A stretch of DNA of 64,000 bases from Pristiophorus japonicus (GCF_044704955.1 NC_092006.1:2046001-2110000); one strand, 5' to 3'; shown: positions 1-12,780, counted from the stretch's first letter. Program-made: numbers and translations. Notes: generated by a model not told the origin, from the sequence alone.

Positions 1-486
1 GAGAATGTGGGTAGAAAGGGGCCACTGGGCCCATCGAGCCCGTGCCGGCTCTGTGAAAGAGCGATGCAGTTAGTCCCACTCCCCTGCTCTTTCCCCGGAG
101 CCTTGCAAATATTTTTCTTTCAAACTAGCTATCCAACATATGGTTTATCTCCAATTGTCAGACCTGTTTTCCTGGTGGACACCGCATGCTCCATCTCCAG
201 GGACACCCTGGCTCGGATGTAACCGCGGAAGAGAGGCAGGCAGTCGGGCTGAACGACCCCCTCGACCGCCCACTGCCTGGACCGGCTGATGGCCCCGTTG
301 GCCAGGCCCTAACCTGTGAACATACTCACAGGTGCATACATTGCACCGAGTGCAATCACATCGTTCCTGTACGGACCGTGCTCAATTAACTGAGCGGGTA
401 GAGACATTGTTGGGGTAGGTTTATGGGAGCAGTGGGGTTGATGTGACGAATGACCTGTATCTCATTCTGTGCTTTCTTGTGTGCAG

Positions 487-2223
487 ATGGAAGCGAGCAA
501 GGCTGTCCATGTACTGATCCTCCTGGTGTGTCTGTGTGGCTGTGTGCAGGCCTGCCCTTCATTCTGTGACTGCTCGGCAGGCAATGGGACGGTCCTGTGC
601 TGCGGGAAGGAGCTGACTGCTGTTCCCCAAGGGGTTCCCTTGGAGGCGAGGGCGCTGGACCTCAGCAGGAACCTCATCACATCCATCAGGCTGGGCGAGC
701 TCGGCAGCCTCCCGGAGCTGGAGGAACTGGACCTGAGCGACAACCTGGTGTCCAACATCGAGCCGGGAGCCTTCGACGGCATCCGGGGTCTGCGTACGTT
801 GCGGCTGAGGAACAACCGCCTGAAGACCATCTGGCCGGGCGTGCTTGGAGCGACGGCCAATCTCACCGTGCTGGACCTCCGTGACAATCCACTGGTCATT
901 CTGCTGGACGGGGCCTTCCCAGAACTTGCCGGCCTCCGGCAGCTGGAGCTGGGGGAGGGGCTGCTGTATGTGGCGTCCGGGGCCTTGGTTGGTCTGGGTA
1001 GGCTGCAGCGGCTGGCACTGGGGAAGGCCAACTCCAGTACGCTCCCCACCACCGCGCTCGCCCACCTCCGCGGTCTGACATCGCTGAGGTTGGGCCCACT
1101 CAACGCCTTGGCGCTCCAGGATAACTCCTTCCAGGGCCTGCGCGCTCTCCGGGACCTGGTGATGGAGGGGTGGCCCCGGCTCGCCGCCCTGGCCCCCGAC
1201 TCGCTCTACGGCCTCAACCTGACCTCGCTCGCCATCACCCGCTGCAACCTCACGGCCGTCCCCGACCGCCCCCTGCGTCACTTGGTGTACCTCCGCTCCC
1301 TGGACCTCTCGCACAACCCCATCGCGGTTATCCGGGGCGGCATGCTGGGGCAGCTGGTGCGCCTGGGCGAGCTGCGCTTGGCCGGGGGGAGGCTGGCCAC
1401 CATCGAGCCCTCCGCCTTCCGGGGGCTGGGGCTGCTGCGGGCCCTCGACGTCTCGGGCAACAGGCTGGAGACGCTGGAGGAGTCGGCCTTCCAGTCCCCG
1501 GGGAGCCTGGCCTCCCTCCGGCTGGACGGCAACCCGCTGGCCTGCGACTGCCGGCTGCGGTGGCTGTCGGGGAGGCGGGCGGGGCCGAGCTTCGAGGGGC
1601 GGCAGCCCGCCTGCGCCAGCCCGGAGTCCGCCCGGGGCGAGGCGCTGGGGGACCTGGGGCCCGGGCGCCTGGCCTGCCGCGGGGCGCGGATCCCCGGCAA
1701 GGGGGCGCGGCAGACGGCGGCGGTGACAGAGGGGGAGACGGCGCGCTTGCGGTGCGCGGCCGAGGGCGACCCCGCCCCCGCCGTCCAGTGGTCCACCCCC
1801 GGCCGGCGGGTCCTGCGGGGCGGCGACGGCGGCCGGCTGCGGGTGTGGCCCGACGGCTCGCTGGAGGTGCGCTACGCCCAGGCGCAGGACGCCGGCACGT
1901 ACCGCTGCACCGCCCGCAATGCGGCCGGCAACGATACCGCCACCGCCGTCCTGTGGGTGAGGGTCTTCCAGCCCACCGCCACCCTCGGCCCCGCCACCCG
2001 ACCGCCGCCCGCCTTGATCCTCGACCAGGTGACCCTCTCGGTGGTCCTCACCATGGGCACGGTCTGCTTTGTGGGCGTGGTCGTCTGCTGCTTCAGCATG
2101 CTGCTGTTCTGGAGCAAGGTCAAGGGCCCCATCAAACGCACCAGCGAAGTCGACAACACGGTGCACTCCAGTGGCATGACCGCCCAGTCGGAAGCCGTCA
2201 AATACTCAACAAAAATGTTGTGA
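487..2223 (+). CDS. LINGO4: LINGO-family LRR and Ig domain-containing single-pass membrane protein, most likely LINGO4 (578 aa, single coding exon)
   Basis: ATG at 487 directly follows a pyrimidine tract and CAG acceptor (485-486). Signal peptide, LRRNT (CPSFCDC), tandem LxxLxLxxNxL repeats, LRRCT (NPLACDCRLRW), Ig-I domain (C-AAEGDPAPAVQW...DAGTYRCTARNAAGND), TM helix and a short tail ending KYSTKML (cf. LINGO KFNMKMI). Family is secure; the paralog call rests on adjacency to TDRKH. Confidence 0.85.
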   Translation: MEASKAVHVLILLVCLCGCVQACPSFCDCSAGNGTVLCCGKELTAVPQGVPLEARALDLSRNLITSIRLGELGSLPELEELDLSDNLVSNIEPGAFDGIRGLRTLRLRNNRLKTIWPGVLGATANLTVLDLRDNPLVILLDGAFPELAGLRQLELGEGLLYVASGALVGLGRLQRLALGKANSSTLPTTALAHLRGLTSLRLGPLNALALQDNSFQGLRALRDLVMEGWPRLAALAPDSLYGLNLTSLAITRCNLTAVPDRPLRHLVYLRSLDLSHNPIAVIRGGMLGQLVRLGELRLAGGRLATIEPSAFRGLGLLRALDVSGNRLETLEESAFQSPGSLASLRLDGNPLACDCRLRWLSGRRAGPSFEGRQPACASPESARGEALGDLGPGRLACRGARIPGKGARQTAAVTEGETARLRCAAEGDPAPAVQWSTPGRRVLRGGDGGRLRVWPDGSLEVRYAQAQDAGTYRCTARNAAGNDTATAVLWVRVFQPTATLGPATRPPPALILDQVTLSVVLTMGTVCFVGVVVCCFSMLLFWSKVKGPIKRTSEVDNTVHSSGMTAQSEAVKYSTKML

Positions 2224-2284
2224 GGAAGAGGAGAGAAGGGTGGGGGGGGGGGCAGAAATCATTGCATGGCCAGTCAGCCCCCTA

Positions 2285-2686
2285 TCATCATCATAGGCAG
2301 TCCCTCAGAATCGAGGAAGACTTGCCTCCACTCTTACAATAACTCCTTAGGTGGCTGAATATCCAATACGGGAGCCACAGTCCCCTGTCACAGGTGGGGC
2401 AGACAGTGGTTGAGGGAAGGGGAGGGTGGGACTGGTTTGCCGCACGCTCCTTCCGCTGCCTGCGCTTGGTTTCTGCACGCTCTCGGCGACGAGACTCGAG
2501 GTGCTCAGTGCCCTCCCAGATGCACTTCCTCCACTTAGGGCGGACTGGTCTTTGGGCCCAGGGACTCCCAGGTGTCGGTGGGGGATGTTGCACTTTATCA
2601 GGGAGGATTTGAGGGTGATCCCTTGTAACGTTTCCTCTGCCCACCTTTGGCTCGTTTGCCGTGAAGGAGTTCCGAGTAGAGCGCTA
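2285..2686 (-). mobile_element. RTE-clade LINE 3' fragment
   Basis: Minus-strand C-terminus [23 protein letters not shown] and an (ATG)n tail. Further minus copies at ~8550-8870, 12100-12300, 35265-35755, 44233-44697, 50633-51050; plus copy at ~52450-52853. Confidence 0.75.
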
Positions 2687-2789
2687 TAGTCATTGGGCAA
2701 ATGCACGGCTTAAGGTGCGGCTGCTGTGGTAAGCAGACCGGAAGGGTCCCAAATCCCTGACTGTTTGATCTCACCAAGGGCAGCAAGGG

Positions 2790-3110
2790 CGTAGATGTAG
2801 TGAGGATGTTTCCCCGGGCTGGGGAGTCTAGAACCAGGGGTCACACGGTCTCAGGATAAGGGGTCGGCCATTTAGGACTGAGATGAGGAGGAATTTCTTC
2901 ACTCAGAGGGTGGTGAATCTGTGGAGGGCTGTGGAGGCTCAGTCGTTGAGTATATTCAAGGCTGAGAACGATAGATTGTTGGACTCGAGAGGAATGGAGG
3001 GATCGGGCGGGAAAGTGTTGAGGTCGATGGTTGGCCATGATCTTATTAAGTAGCGGAGCAGGCTCGAGGGGCCGAATGGCCTCCTCCTGCTCCTAATTCT
3101 TATGTTCTAC
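2790..3110 (+). mobile_element. CR1 LINE 3' fragment
   Basis: [30 protein letters not shown] plus the 3' UTR GGCTCGAGGGGCCGAATGGCCT. Other short copies: ~15-140(-), 6005-6375(-), 7427-7697(-), 8920-9430(+), 11790-12095(+), 18313-18770(+), 22778-23160(-), 23161-23468(+), 40280-40740(-), 40870-41400(+), 42845-43320(-). Confidence 0.85.
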
Positions 3111-3539
3111 AATTGCCTTTAGTAGGGTTGTGAGAGTGGGGTGGTCGGGGGGGGTGCAAGAACCAGCCAGGGCCCCTCCTCCCGACTGCTATCCAGCTTT
3201 GTTATCGGCTCTGACTGCGACGGCCTGTGTCGAATATGCTGCTCACACCACGGCAAATTGTGAGGTGCAGGAGGGGTGGTGCAATCTATACCCCCAAACG
3301 TTAGGTGAGGAATGGCAGCAGTAAAGCTGAACACAAGCCTGACAACCATTGCCTATGTTGGAGGACCAGCTGGATAGTCAGTTGCCCTCTGATTTTGGCC
3401 AAGTGCAGGGTGGGTACCAGGGGATTTGTGCAACTCGCCACAGGAACAGTCAGCAGCACAGTGATAGGGTTAACAGAAAAACGTGCATTTCGATAGCGCC
3501 TTTCAGGGCCTCAGGATTTACAGCCAATGAAGTACTTTT

Positions 3540-4615
3540 CAAATCTCTACATGGCCTCGCCCCTCCCAATCTATGTAACCCCCTCCAGACCCTACACCCC
3601 TCCCTATCTGTAACCTCCTCCAGACCCTACACCCCTCCCTATCTCTGTAACCCCCTCCGGCCCCTACACCCCTCCCTATCTCTAACCTCCTCCAGCCCCT
3701 ACACCCCTCCCTATCACTGTAACCTCCTCCAGCCCCTACACCCCTCCCTATCTCTGTAACCTGCTCCAGCCCCTACACCCCTCCCTATCTGTAACCCCCT
3801 CCAGACCCTACACCCCTCCCTATCTGTAACCTCCTCCAGCCCCTACACCCCTCCCTATCTCTGTAACCTCCTCCAGCTCCTACACCCCTCCTTATTTCTG
3901 TAACCCCCTCCAGCCCCATACACCTCCCTATCTCTGTAACCTCCTCCAGCCCCTACACTCCTCCCTATCTCTGTAACCTCCTCCAGCCCCTACACCCCTC
4001 CCTATCTCTGTAACCCCCTCCAGCCCCTACACCCCTCCCTATCTCTAACCTCCTCCAGCCCCTACACCCCTCCCTATCTCTGTAATCTCCTCACAACCCC
4101 ACACCCCTCCCTATCTCTGTAACCCCCTCCAGCCCCTACACCCCTCCCTATCTCTGTAACCCCCTCCAGCCCCTACACCCCTCCCTATCTCTGTAACCTC
4201 CTCCAGCCCCTACACCCCTCCCTATCTCTGTAACCTCCTCCAGCCCCTACACCCCTCCCTATCTCTGTAATCTCCTCCAGCCCCACCACCCACCCTCCCA
4301 ACCCCTGCACCGAGATGCCTGCGCTCCTCTAATTCTGCCCTCTTGACCATCCCCGATTATAATTCCTCAACCATCGGTGGCCGTGCCTTCTGTTGCCTGA
4401 GCCCCAAGCTCTGGAACTCCCTCCCTAAACGCCTCTTTTTCCTCCTTTCAAGGTGCTCCTTAAAAGCGACCTCTTTGACCCAACTATTGGTTACCTGCGC
4501 TAATTTCTACTTAAGTGGCGTGGAGTCAATTTTTTTAATCTCAGAACCCTTTTGTGAAGCATCTTGGGTTGCACGTTTCACTACGTTAAAGTCGCTATAT
4601 AAATACAAGTTGCTG
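3540..4615 (+). mobile_element. L2-clade LINE 3' fragment containing a 37-bp minisatellite (~3560-4285)
   Basis: KSLHGLAPP..., then ~19 units of CTCCAGCCCCTACACCCCTCCCTATCTCTGTAACCTC, then TIGGRAF..LSPKLWNSLP and a GCTATATAAAT..GTTG tail. Unexpanded fragments at ~32410-32690 and 33345-33580. Confidence 0.8.
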
Positions 4616-5140
4616 AGGTTGTTGTGTGGTCAATGTGGGAAACGCAGCACCAATTTGCGCACAGCAAGCTCCCACAAACAGCAACGTGATAACGACCCAG
4701 ATTGTCTGTTTTAGTGATGTCGATTGAAGGATAAATATTGGCCCCAGGACTCCGGGGAGAACTTCCCCCAACTGCCCCACCACCCCCCTCCCCCCCACCC
4801 CCCCGCTCTTCTTCATATCGTGCCTCCCTCAGTGCTGCACTGCGAGAGTCAGCCTATGTTCTTGTGCTCAAGTCTCTGGAGTGGGACTAACTGAGGGGGC
4901 CTCCTCCTGCCCCCAGCAGTGTGAGTCGCCCCCTTTTCACACACCGTGCAAGGTCCTCGATCCCTGGGGAGAGTCCCAGAAGCGAAGGCGTGCCTCTACT
5001 ATTGCCGGTCTCAAACTCCGGGAGTAAAAAATCTGGAATCAAATAATACGCTATCATGACAACTGAGATCTTAATTGCAATGCTTCAGAATATTATGGGA
5101 TTGTTGAAGCTTCTTAAAAAAAGAATGTATTTTTATTCTC

Positions 5141-5146
5141 AATAAA
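5141..5146 (+). other. Candidate polyadenylation signal of the LINGO gene
   Basis: AATAAA in an AT-rich unique stretch (TGTATTTTTATTCTCAATAAA) followed by a T-rich tract; not verifiable without transcripts. Confidence 0.35.
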
Positions 5147-6723
5147 GTATTTTGCACAGTTTCACAGGGTATTTTCTTTTCTTATGGATACACCCATCAA
5201 TCCAACTCCACCCAATGGCTCTGTGGGTATATATGCATTGCCTGTTGGGGTACAGGGTCCCACAGGAAGGTCGGGCCCCTGGGTCCCATCCCCAATGAGG
5301 GCTCAGGGTGGCTGGACTCAAATGAGCCGGGGCGGTGAGCCCTCGGTTATTCGCACCTGGAAGGCATCGCGGCCGAGCCCAATACAGTCCTCGCCGCTGT
5401 CTCACGCGCACCTGGGTGGGTTGGGAGTCGGGGGTCTAGGGTCGACTTGCCTCCGCTGCCTAAAACCCCAACTGGACCCCCCTCCCGCAGCTGCTGCTCC
5501 GACAGATATCAGCAACGGTGACATAGGCCAGTGCTTGGACCTGGGACGTTCTAGCGCACGAGGCTCAGAACTGCAACGGGCGGTTCCTTTACTCATTGGG
5601 GCACTTACTGGGCAGGGGACAATTGTCTCCTGTTGTGACATAGATTGGAGCAGGACATTAATCGGGCACTGACCCACCCCCAGGCTGCCGGATCTCACAG
5701 CCAGACTTTTCTTCATTCATTCGCAGGATGTGGGCATCGCTGGCAAGGCCAGCATTTATTGCCCGTCGCTCATTGCCCTCGAGACGGTGGTGGTGAGCCG
5801 CTTTCTTGACACCCGAGTCTCTCGCTGGGCCATTTCAAAGTCAACCACATTGCTGTGGGTCTGGAGTCACGTATCGGCCAGACCGGGTAAGGGCGGCAGA
5901 TTTCCCTCCCGAAAAGGACATCAGTGAACCAGATGGGTTTTGACGACAGTCCGGTAGTTCCATGGTCACCATCACTGACACTAATTAAATCTGGAATAAA
6001 AAGCTAATAAGAACATAAGAATTAGGAGCATGAGTCGGCCATTCGGCCCCTCGAGCCTGCTCCGCCATTCAATAAGATCACGGCTGATCATCGACCTCAA
6101 CTCCACTTTCCCGCCCGATCCCTCGATATCCAACAATCTATCGACCTCAGCCTTGAATATACTCAGCGACTGAGCCTCCACAGCCCTCTGGGGCAGAGAA
6201 TTCCAAAGATTCACCACCCTCTGAGTGAAGAAATTCCTCCTCATCTCAGTCCGAAATGGCCGAGCCCTTATCCTGAGACTGTGTGACCCCTGGTTCTAGA
6301 CTCCCCAGCCCCGGGGGGGAAACACCTTCCCTGCATCTACCCTGTCAAGCTCTGTATGTTTCAATGAGATCACCTAACGAGGGGATCCTGGGGGGCGGGA
6401 ATCAGAGAGGAAGGTTCATGCTAAGTGGTCTTGCTGCTAGCTTGGCTGTGTGTGAATAATTAGAGAGCTCCTAACATGTCTGGCAGCATCAAGCTTTCCT
6501 CAACATTAGAACCAAATGGTATTGCCTGACCTTCAAAATAATCCTTATCCTTGCTGTGTGAGGAGGAGCTGGTTTTACAGAAATGGGGGCATGGGATCTA
6601 TCACTTGAGAGTAGTCTGAATAAGTAAAAGGAGCTTGTATTTTTATCGCAATATATAGAAATTTCACAGTGAGCAGTAAGGGGCACTCTTCCGATAATGA
6701 GGACATACACAGATTATTGGATC

Positions 6724-8320
6724 AGTGTAGAGGGAGCTTTACTCTGTATCTAACCCCCTGTACCTGCCCTGGGAGTGTTTGATGGGACAGTGCAGAGGGA
6801 GCTTTACTCTGTATCTAACCCCCTGTACCTGCCCTGGGAGTGTTTGATGGGACAGTGTAGAGGGAGCTTTACTCTGTATCTAACCCCCTGTACCTGCCCT
6901 GGGAGTGTTTGATGGGACAGTGTCGAGGGAGCTTTACTCTGTATCTAACCCCGTGCTGTACCTGCCCTGGGAGTGTGTGATGGGACAGTGTAGAGGGAGC
7001 TTTACTCTGTATCTAACCCCGTGCTGTACCTGCCCTGGGAGTGTTTGATGGGACAGTGTAGAGGGAGCTTTACTCAGTATCTAACCCCCTGTACCTGCCC
7101 TGGGAGTGTTTGATGGGACAGTGTAGAGGGAGCTTTACTCTGTATCAAACCCCCTGTACCTGCCCTGGGAGTGTTTGATGGGACAGTGTAGAGGGAGCTT
7201 TACTCTGTATCTAACCCCCTGTACCTGCCCTGGGAGTGTTTGATGGGACAGTGTAGAAGGAGCTTTACTCTGTATCTAACCCCCTGTACCTGCCCTGGGA
7301 GTGTGTGATGGGACAGTGTAGAGGGAGCTTTACTCTGTATCTAACCCCCTGTACCTGCCCTGGGAGTGTTTGATGGGACAGTGTACAGGGAGCTTTACTC
7401 TGTATCTAACCTGTACTGTACCTGCCCTTCGAGCCTGCACCACCATTCAATAAGATCATGGCTGATCATTCCCTCCGCACCCCTTTCCTGCTTTCTCTCC
7501 ATACCCCTTGATCCCTTTAGCCGTAAGGGCCATATCTAACTCCCTCTTGAATATATCCAATGAACTGGCATCAACAACTCTCTGCGGTAGGGAATTCCAC
7601 AGGTTAACAACGCTCTGAGTGAAGTAGTTTCTACTCATCTCAGTCCTAAATGGCCTACCCCTTATCCAAAGACTGTGTCCCTGGTTCTGGACTTCTCGAG
7701 CGAGCTTTACCCTGTATCTAACCCTGTGCTGTACTTGCCCTGGGAGTGTTTGATGGGACAGTGTAGAGTGAGCTTTACTCTGTATCTAACCCCGTGCTGT
7801 ACCTGCCCTGGGAGTGTTTGATGGGACAGTGTAGAGGGAGCTTTACTCTGTATCTAACCCCGTGCTGTACCTGCCCTGGGAGTGTTTGATGGGACAGTGT
7901 AGAGGGAGCTTTACTCTGTATCTAACCCCCTGTACCTGCCCTGGGAGTGTTTGATGGGACAGTGTAGAGGGAGCTTTACTCTGTATCTAACCCCCTGTAC
8001 CTGCCCTGGGAGTGTTTGATGGGACAGTGTAGAGGGAGCTTTACGCTGTATCTAACCCCCTGTACCTGCCCTGGGAGTGTTTGATGGGACAGTGTAGAGG
8101 GAGCTTTACTCTGTATCTAACCCCGTGCTGTACCTGCCCTGGGAGTGTTTGATGGGACAGTGTAGAGGGAGCTTTACTCTGTATCTAACCCCCTGTACCT
8201 GCCCTGGGAGTGTTTGATGGGACAGTGTAGAGGGAGCTTTACTCTGTATCTAACCCCGTGCTGTACCTGCCCTGGGAGTGTTTGATGGGACAGTGTAGAG
8301 GGAGCTTTACTCTGTACCTG
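6724..8320 (+). repeat. 65/68-bp minisatellite, interrupted by a CR1 at ~7427-7697
   Basis: Unit GGGAGTGTTTGATGGGACAGTGTAGAGGGAGCTTTACTCTGTATCTAACCCC(GTG)CTGTACCTGCCCT. Confidence 0.95.
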
Positions 8321-9678
8321 GCCGGGGTCCAGGCGCCCTACACCTTGTGTCAGCAAAGTTATGGGTAACATGAGGAGACGGTTACAGAGTTTGCAATTTT
8401 TGTTGTATGCACAGAGCATCACATTCCCATCAAATGAATGTTTTGCAGACAGCTGCTTGCTAAGTGCTCGCCAGCAGTGCCCAGTCAATGGCTGGCCTCA
8501 GCCACAGTGAGGTGGCTGCTGTGACTCGTGCTGCTATAGTTCATTCATTCATTCATAGGCAGTCCCTCATAATCAAAGAAGACTTGCTTCCACTCCTGAA
8601 GTGAGTCCTAAGGTGGCTGAACAGTCCAATATGAGAGCCACAGTCCCCGTCACAGGTGGGACAGACAGTGTTTGAGGGAAAGGGAGGGTGGGACAGGTTT
8701 GCCGCACGCTCCTTCCGCTGCCTGTGCTTGGTTTCTGCACGCTCTCAACGACAAGACTTGAGGTTCTCAGCGCCCTCCCGGATGCACTTCCTCCACTTAG
8801 GGCGGTCTTGGGCTCGGGACTCCCAGGTGTCAGTTGTACTTTATCAGGGTGGCTTTGAGGGTGTCCTTGTAGACTGCGATCGAAGACAGGGCTCCAGGTC
8901 CATTCCGGGCCTGGTCGCTTCAGGATATACTTGCCATGGAGGGAGTGCAGCGAAGGTTCACCAGACTGATTCGTGGGATGGCAGGACTATCGTATGAGGA
9001 GAGATTGGGTCGACTGGGCCTGTATTCACTGGAGTTTAGAAGAATGAGAGGGGATCTCATTGAAAGACATAAAATTCTGACGGGGTTGGACAGACTGGAT
9101 GCGGGAAGAATGTTTCCCGGGGCTGGGAAGTCTAGAACAAGGGGTCACAGTCTCAGGATACGAGGTAGGGAATTTAGGACCGAGATGAGGAGAAATTTCT
9201 TCACTGAGAGGGAGGTGAACCTGTGGAATTCTCGACCACAGAAGGCTGTGGAGGCCAAGTCACTGAATATAGTTAAGAGGGAGATAGATAGATTTCTAGA
9301 CACAAAAGGCATCCAGGGGTATGGGGAGAAAGCGGGAATATGGTGTTGAGAGCGAGGATCAGCCATGATCATATTGAATGGTGGTGCAGACTCGAGGGGC
9401 CGAATGGCCCACTACTGCTCCTATTTTCTATGGTCCGACTGCTTCCCCCAGTGACGCAGCGCCCTCTCGCTCCTGTTTAACCCTATCGCTCGGGGAACCT
9501 GCTTTACTCCCTGCTTTCCTCATCCAGCGTCGCTCCATCCTTTCTCTCCCGCAGACGCTGGCTCTCGCAGGCAGACGGTGTCCTCTGTTGTCTCACTCGC
9601 CCCAGCGGTCACTCTACAGGTGTGAGGTTGGACAGAGAGTACCCACAAAAATTCCCCCCCCCCCCCCGCCAAAAGACA

Positions 9679-11498
9679 GACTTGCATTTATATAGCGCCT
9701 TTCACAACCTCAGGAAGTCCCACACAGCCAATTAACTACTTTTTTGGTGAGTGCAGTCACTGTTGTAATGTGGGAAACGTGGCAGGCAATTTGTACACAG
9801 CAAGCTCCCACACACAGCAATATGATAATGACCCAGATCATCTGTTTTAATGATGTTGATTGAGGGATAAATATTGGCCCCAGGACACCGGGGATAACTC
9901 TCCCACTCTTTGTAATAGTGCCATAGGATCTTTTACATCCACCCGACAGTGCGGCGCTCCCTCAGTACCGCCCCTCCGACAGTACAGTGCTTCCTCAGTA
10001 CTGCCCCTCCGACAGTACGGCGCTCCCTCAGTACTGCCCCTCCGACAGTACGGCGCTCCCTCAGTACCGCCCCTCCGACAGTACAGTGCTTCCTCAGTAC
10101 TGCCCCTCCGACAGTGCGGCGCTCCCTCAGTACTGCCCCTCCGACAGTGCGGCGCACCCTCAGTACTGCCCCTCCGACAGTGCGGCGCTCCCTCAGTACT
10201 GCCCCTCCGACAGTGCGGCGCTCCCTCAGTACTGCCCCTCCGACAGTGCGCAGTTCCCTCAGTACTGCCCCTCCGACAGTGCGCAGTTCCCTCAGTACTG
10301 CCCCTCCGACAGTGCGGCACTCCCTCAGTACCGCCCCTCCGACAGTGCGGAGTTCCCTCAGTACTGCCCCTCCGACAGTGCGGAGTTCCCTCAGTACCGC
10401 CCCTCCGACAGTGCGGAGTTCCCTCAGTACTGCCCCTCCGACAGTGCGCAGTTCCCTCAGTACTGCCCCTCCGACAGTGCGGCACTCCCTCAGTACCGCC
10501 CCTCCGACAGTGCGGAGTTCCCTCAGTACTGCTCCTCCGACAGTGCGGAGTTCCCTCAGTACCGCCCCTCCGACAGTGCGGCGCTCCCTCAGTACTGCCC
10601 CTCCGACAGTGCGGCACTCCCTCAGTACCGCCCCTCCGACAGTGCGGCGCTCCCTCAGTACCGCCCCTCCGACAGTGCGGAGTTCCCTCAGTACCACCCC
10701 TCCGACAGTGCGGCACTCCCTCAGTACTGCCCCTCCGACAGTGCGGCGCTCCCTCAGTACTGCCCCTCCGACAGTGCGGCGCTCCCTCAGTACTGCCCCT
10801 CCGACAGTGCGGGGCTCCCTCAGTACTGCCCCTCCGACAGTGCGGCGCTCCCTCAGTACTGCCCCTCCGACAGTGCGGAGTTCCCTCAGTACCGCCCCTC
10901 CGACAGTGCGGCGCTCCCTCAGTACTGCCCCTCCGACAGTGCGGAGCTCCCTCAGTACTGCCCCTCCGACAGTGCGGAGTTCCCTCAGTACCGCCCCTCC
11001 GACAGTGCGGAGCTCCCTCAGTACTGCCCCTCCGACAGTGCGGCACTCCCTCAGTACTGCCCCTCCGACAGTGCGGCGCTCCCTCAGTACTGCCCCTCCG
11101 ACAGTGCGGAGTTCCCTCAGTACTGCCCCTCCGACAGTGCGGCGCTCCCTCAGCACCGCCCCTCCGACAGTGCGGAGCTCCCTCAGTACCGCCCCTCCGA
11201 CCAGTGCGGAGTTCCCTCAGTACTGCCCCTCCGACCAGTGCGGAGTTCCCTCAGTACTGCCCCTCCGACAGTGCGGCGCTCCCTCAGCACCGCCCCTCCG
11301 ACAGTGCGGCGCTCCCTCAGCACCGCCCCTCCGACGGTGCGGCGCTCCCTCAGTACTGCCCCTCCGACAGTGCGGCGCTCCCTCTGCACTGCACTGGAGT
11401 GTCAGCCTGGACTTTTGTGCTCAAGTCCCTGGAGTGGGACTTGAACCATGACCTCCTGACTCAGAGTTGAGCGTGCTACCCACTGAGCCACAACTGAC
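9679..11498 (-). mobile_element. DeuSINE (SacSINE1-like, tRNA-derived head) with an internal 33-bp minisatellite (~9944-11385, ~43 units)
   Basis: Head TGGCTCAGTGGGTAGCAC..GGTTCAAGTCCCACTCC; Deu-like body GATCCTATGGCACT..CCAATATTTATCCCTCAA..GGGAGCTTGCTGTG; tail GGCGCTATATAAATGCAAG; unit CAGTACTGAGGGAGCGCCGCACTGTCGGAGGGG. Family name from recall. Confidence 0.8.
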
Positions 11499-12780
11499 CT
11501 GGCCTCCGCTGTTCAGTTAACTGACCCATTCCCTCATCCATGCTGCTACACTAACTAACTCTGCACCGTAGCCCCGTTGCGAACTGGGCAGTGGTGAGCG
11601 AGGGCGGGGGGGGGGGGGGGGGGCGGGCGGGTGGCTTAGGTGATATCACAGCGATAAGGACCCAGAAAGTTCACTGCGGGTCGATCGCAATCTGTTGGAA
11701 GATTATTAACTCGCCATTCGCGGGCTCATCGACCATGGCAGTCATCACAGCCCAGCATGATCCTGTCCTGTGCTGTACTAATGGTCTAGGCAGAGTAGAT
11801 AGAGAGCAGAAGGGTGGAGAACCAGAGGGGTCAGAGATTTAAGGCGATTGGCAGAAGGCGACACGAGGGAAACACCTTTTTACGCGGGGAGTGGTCAGGA
11901 TCTGATCTGGAACGCGCTGCCTGAGGGGGCGCTGGAGGCAGACTCAATCGTGGCTTTCAAACGGGAATTGGATACGCAGCTGAAGGAAAAAATATTGCAG
12001 GGCTACGGGGAAAGGGCGGGTGAGTGGGACTGACTGAGTCGACATGGGCTCGACGGGCCGAATGGCCTCCTTCCCTGTTGTAACCGTTCTGTGATTCTAT
12101 CATCATCAGAGGCAGTCCCTCGGAGTCGAGGAAGACTTGCTTCCGCACTTAAAATGAGTCCTTAGGTGGCTGAACAGCCCAATACGAGAGCCACAGTCCC
12201 TGTCACAGGTGGGACAGATAGTTGTTGAGGGTAAGGGAGGGTGGGACTGGTTTGCCGCACGCTCCTTCCGCTGCCTGCGCTCGGTTTCCGCATGCTCTCG
12301 GGCGATAATTCTATGAAGATCTCATTGAATGGCGGAGCAGGCTCCAGAGGCCGAATGGCCTACTCCTGCTCCTATGTCTTATGTTCTGATATATAAATTC
12401 AGCTCCCCCAGCATGGACTGTGGCCGGGGGGGGGGGGAAAGAGCAGGAATATAAACACTGCAGTTCATTGCAGACTCAGCTTTCCCTGCACCGCCCCCCC
12501 AGCTGTGTCATAGGGACTCCACCCTAAGGAAGTGGGGAGGGGAGAACAGGAGGAACTGCGGCTCAGCCCAGCCCTCTCCCATCGCTGGGCTGCATTGAAC
12601 ACCAGCAGACACGTCGCCTGGAGGCTGAAACAGACAGACAGACAGAGGGAGAGGAGAGAGAGAAAGCAGAGCAGCCAGAGGCACAGACGCTCGTTGTCCA
12701 TGTGAAGAGAAGCAGAGACACAGGAGGTGGAGGAGATCGGAGGGGGGGCGGGGGGCACAGTTTGCTGATAAAGATCAGAG

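Noticed and set aside
469-486. GTG start given by the ORF track
   Set aside because: Lies in the intron acceptor tract; ATG at 487 follows the AG and precedes the signal peptide.
559-2342. 535-aa antisense and 390-aa alternative-frame ORFs over the LINGO gene
   Set aside because: Expected by-product of very high GC; no recognisable domains.
5184-5672. 162-aa ATG ORF between the LINGO gene and the semaphorin
   Set aside because: No recognisable domain or splice context; cannot be supported without a search.
6724-8320. CRISPR-like regular arrays
   Set aside because: No unique spacers, no cas genes, eukaryotic context; plain tandem repeats.
9847-11470. Long multi-frame ORFs (400-566 aa) here and at 16392, 21403, 23899, 49478, 59724
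   Set aside because: Translations of the 33-bp minisatellite (length divisible by 3, stop-free in several frames); only the embedded true exons are coding.
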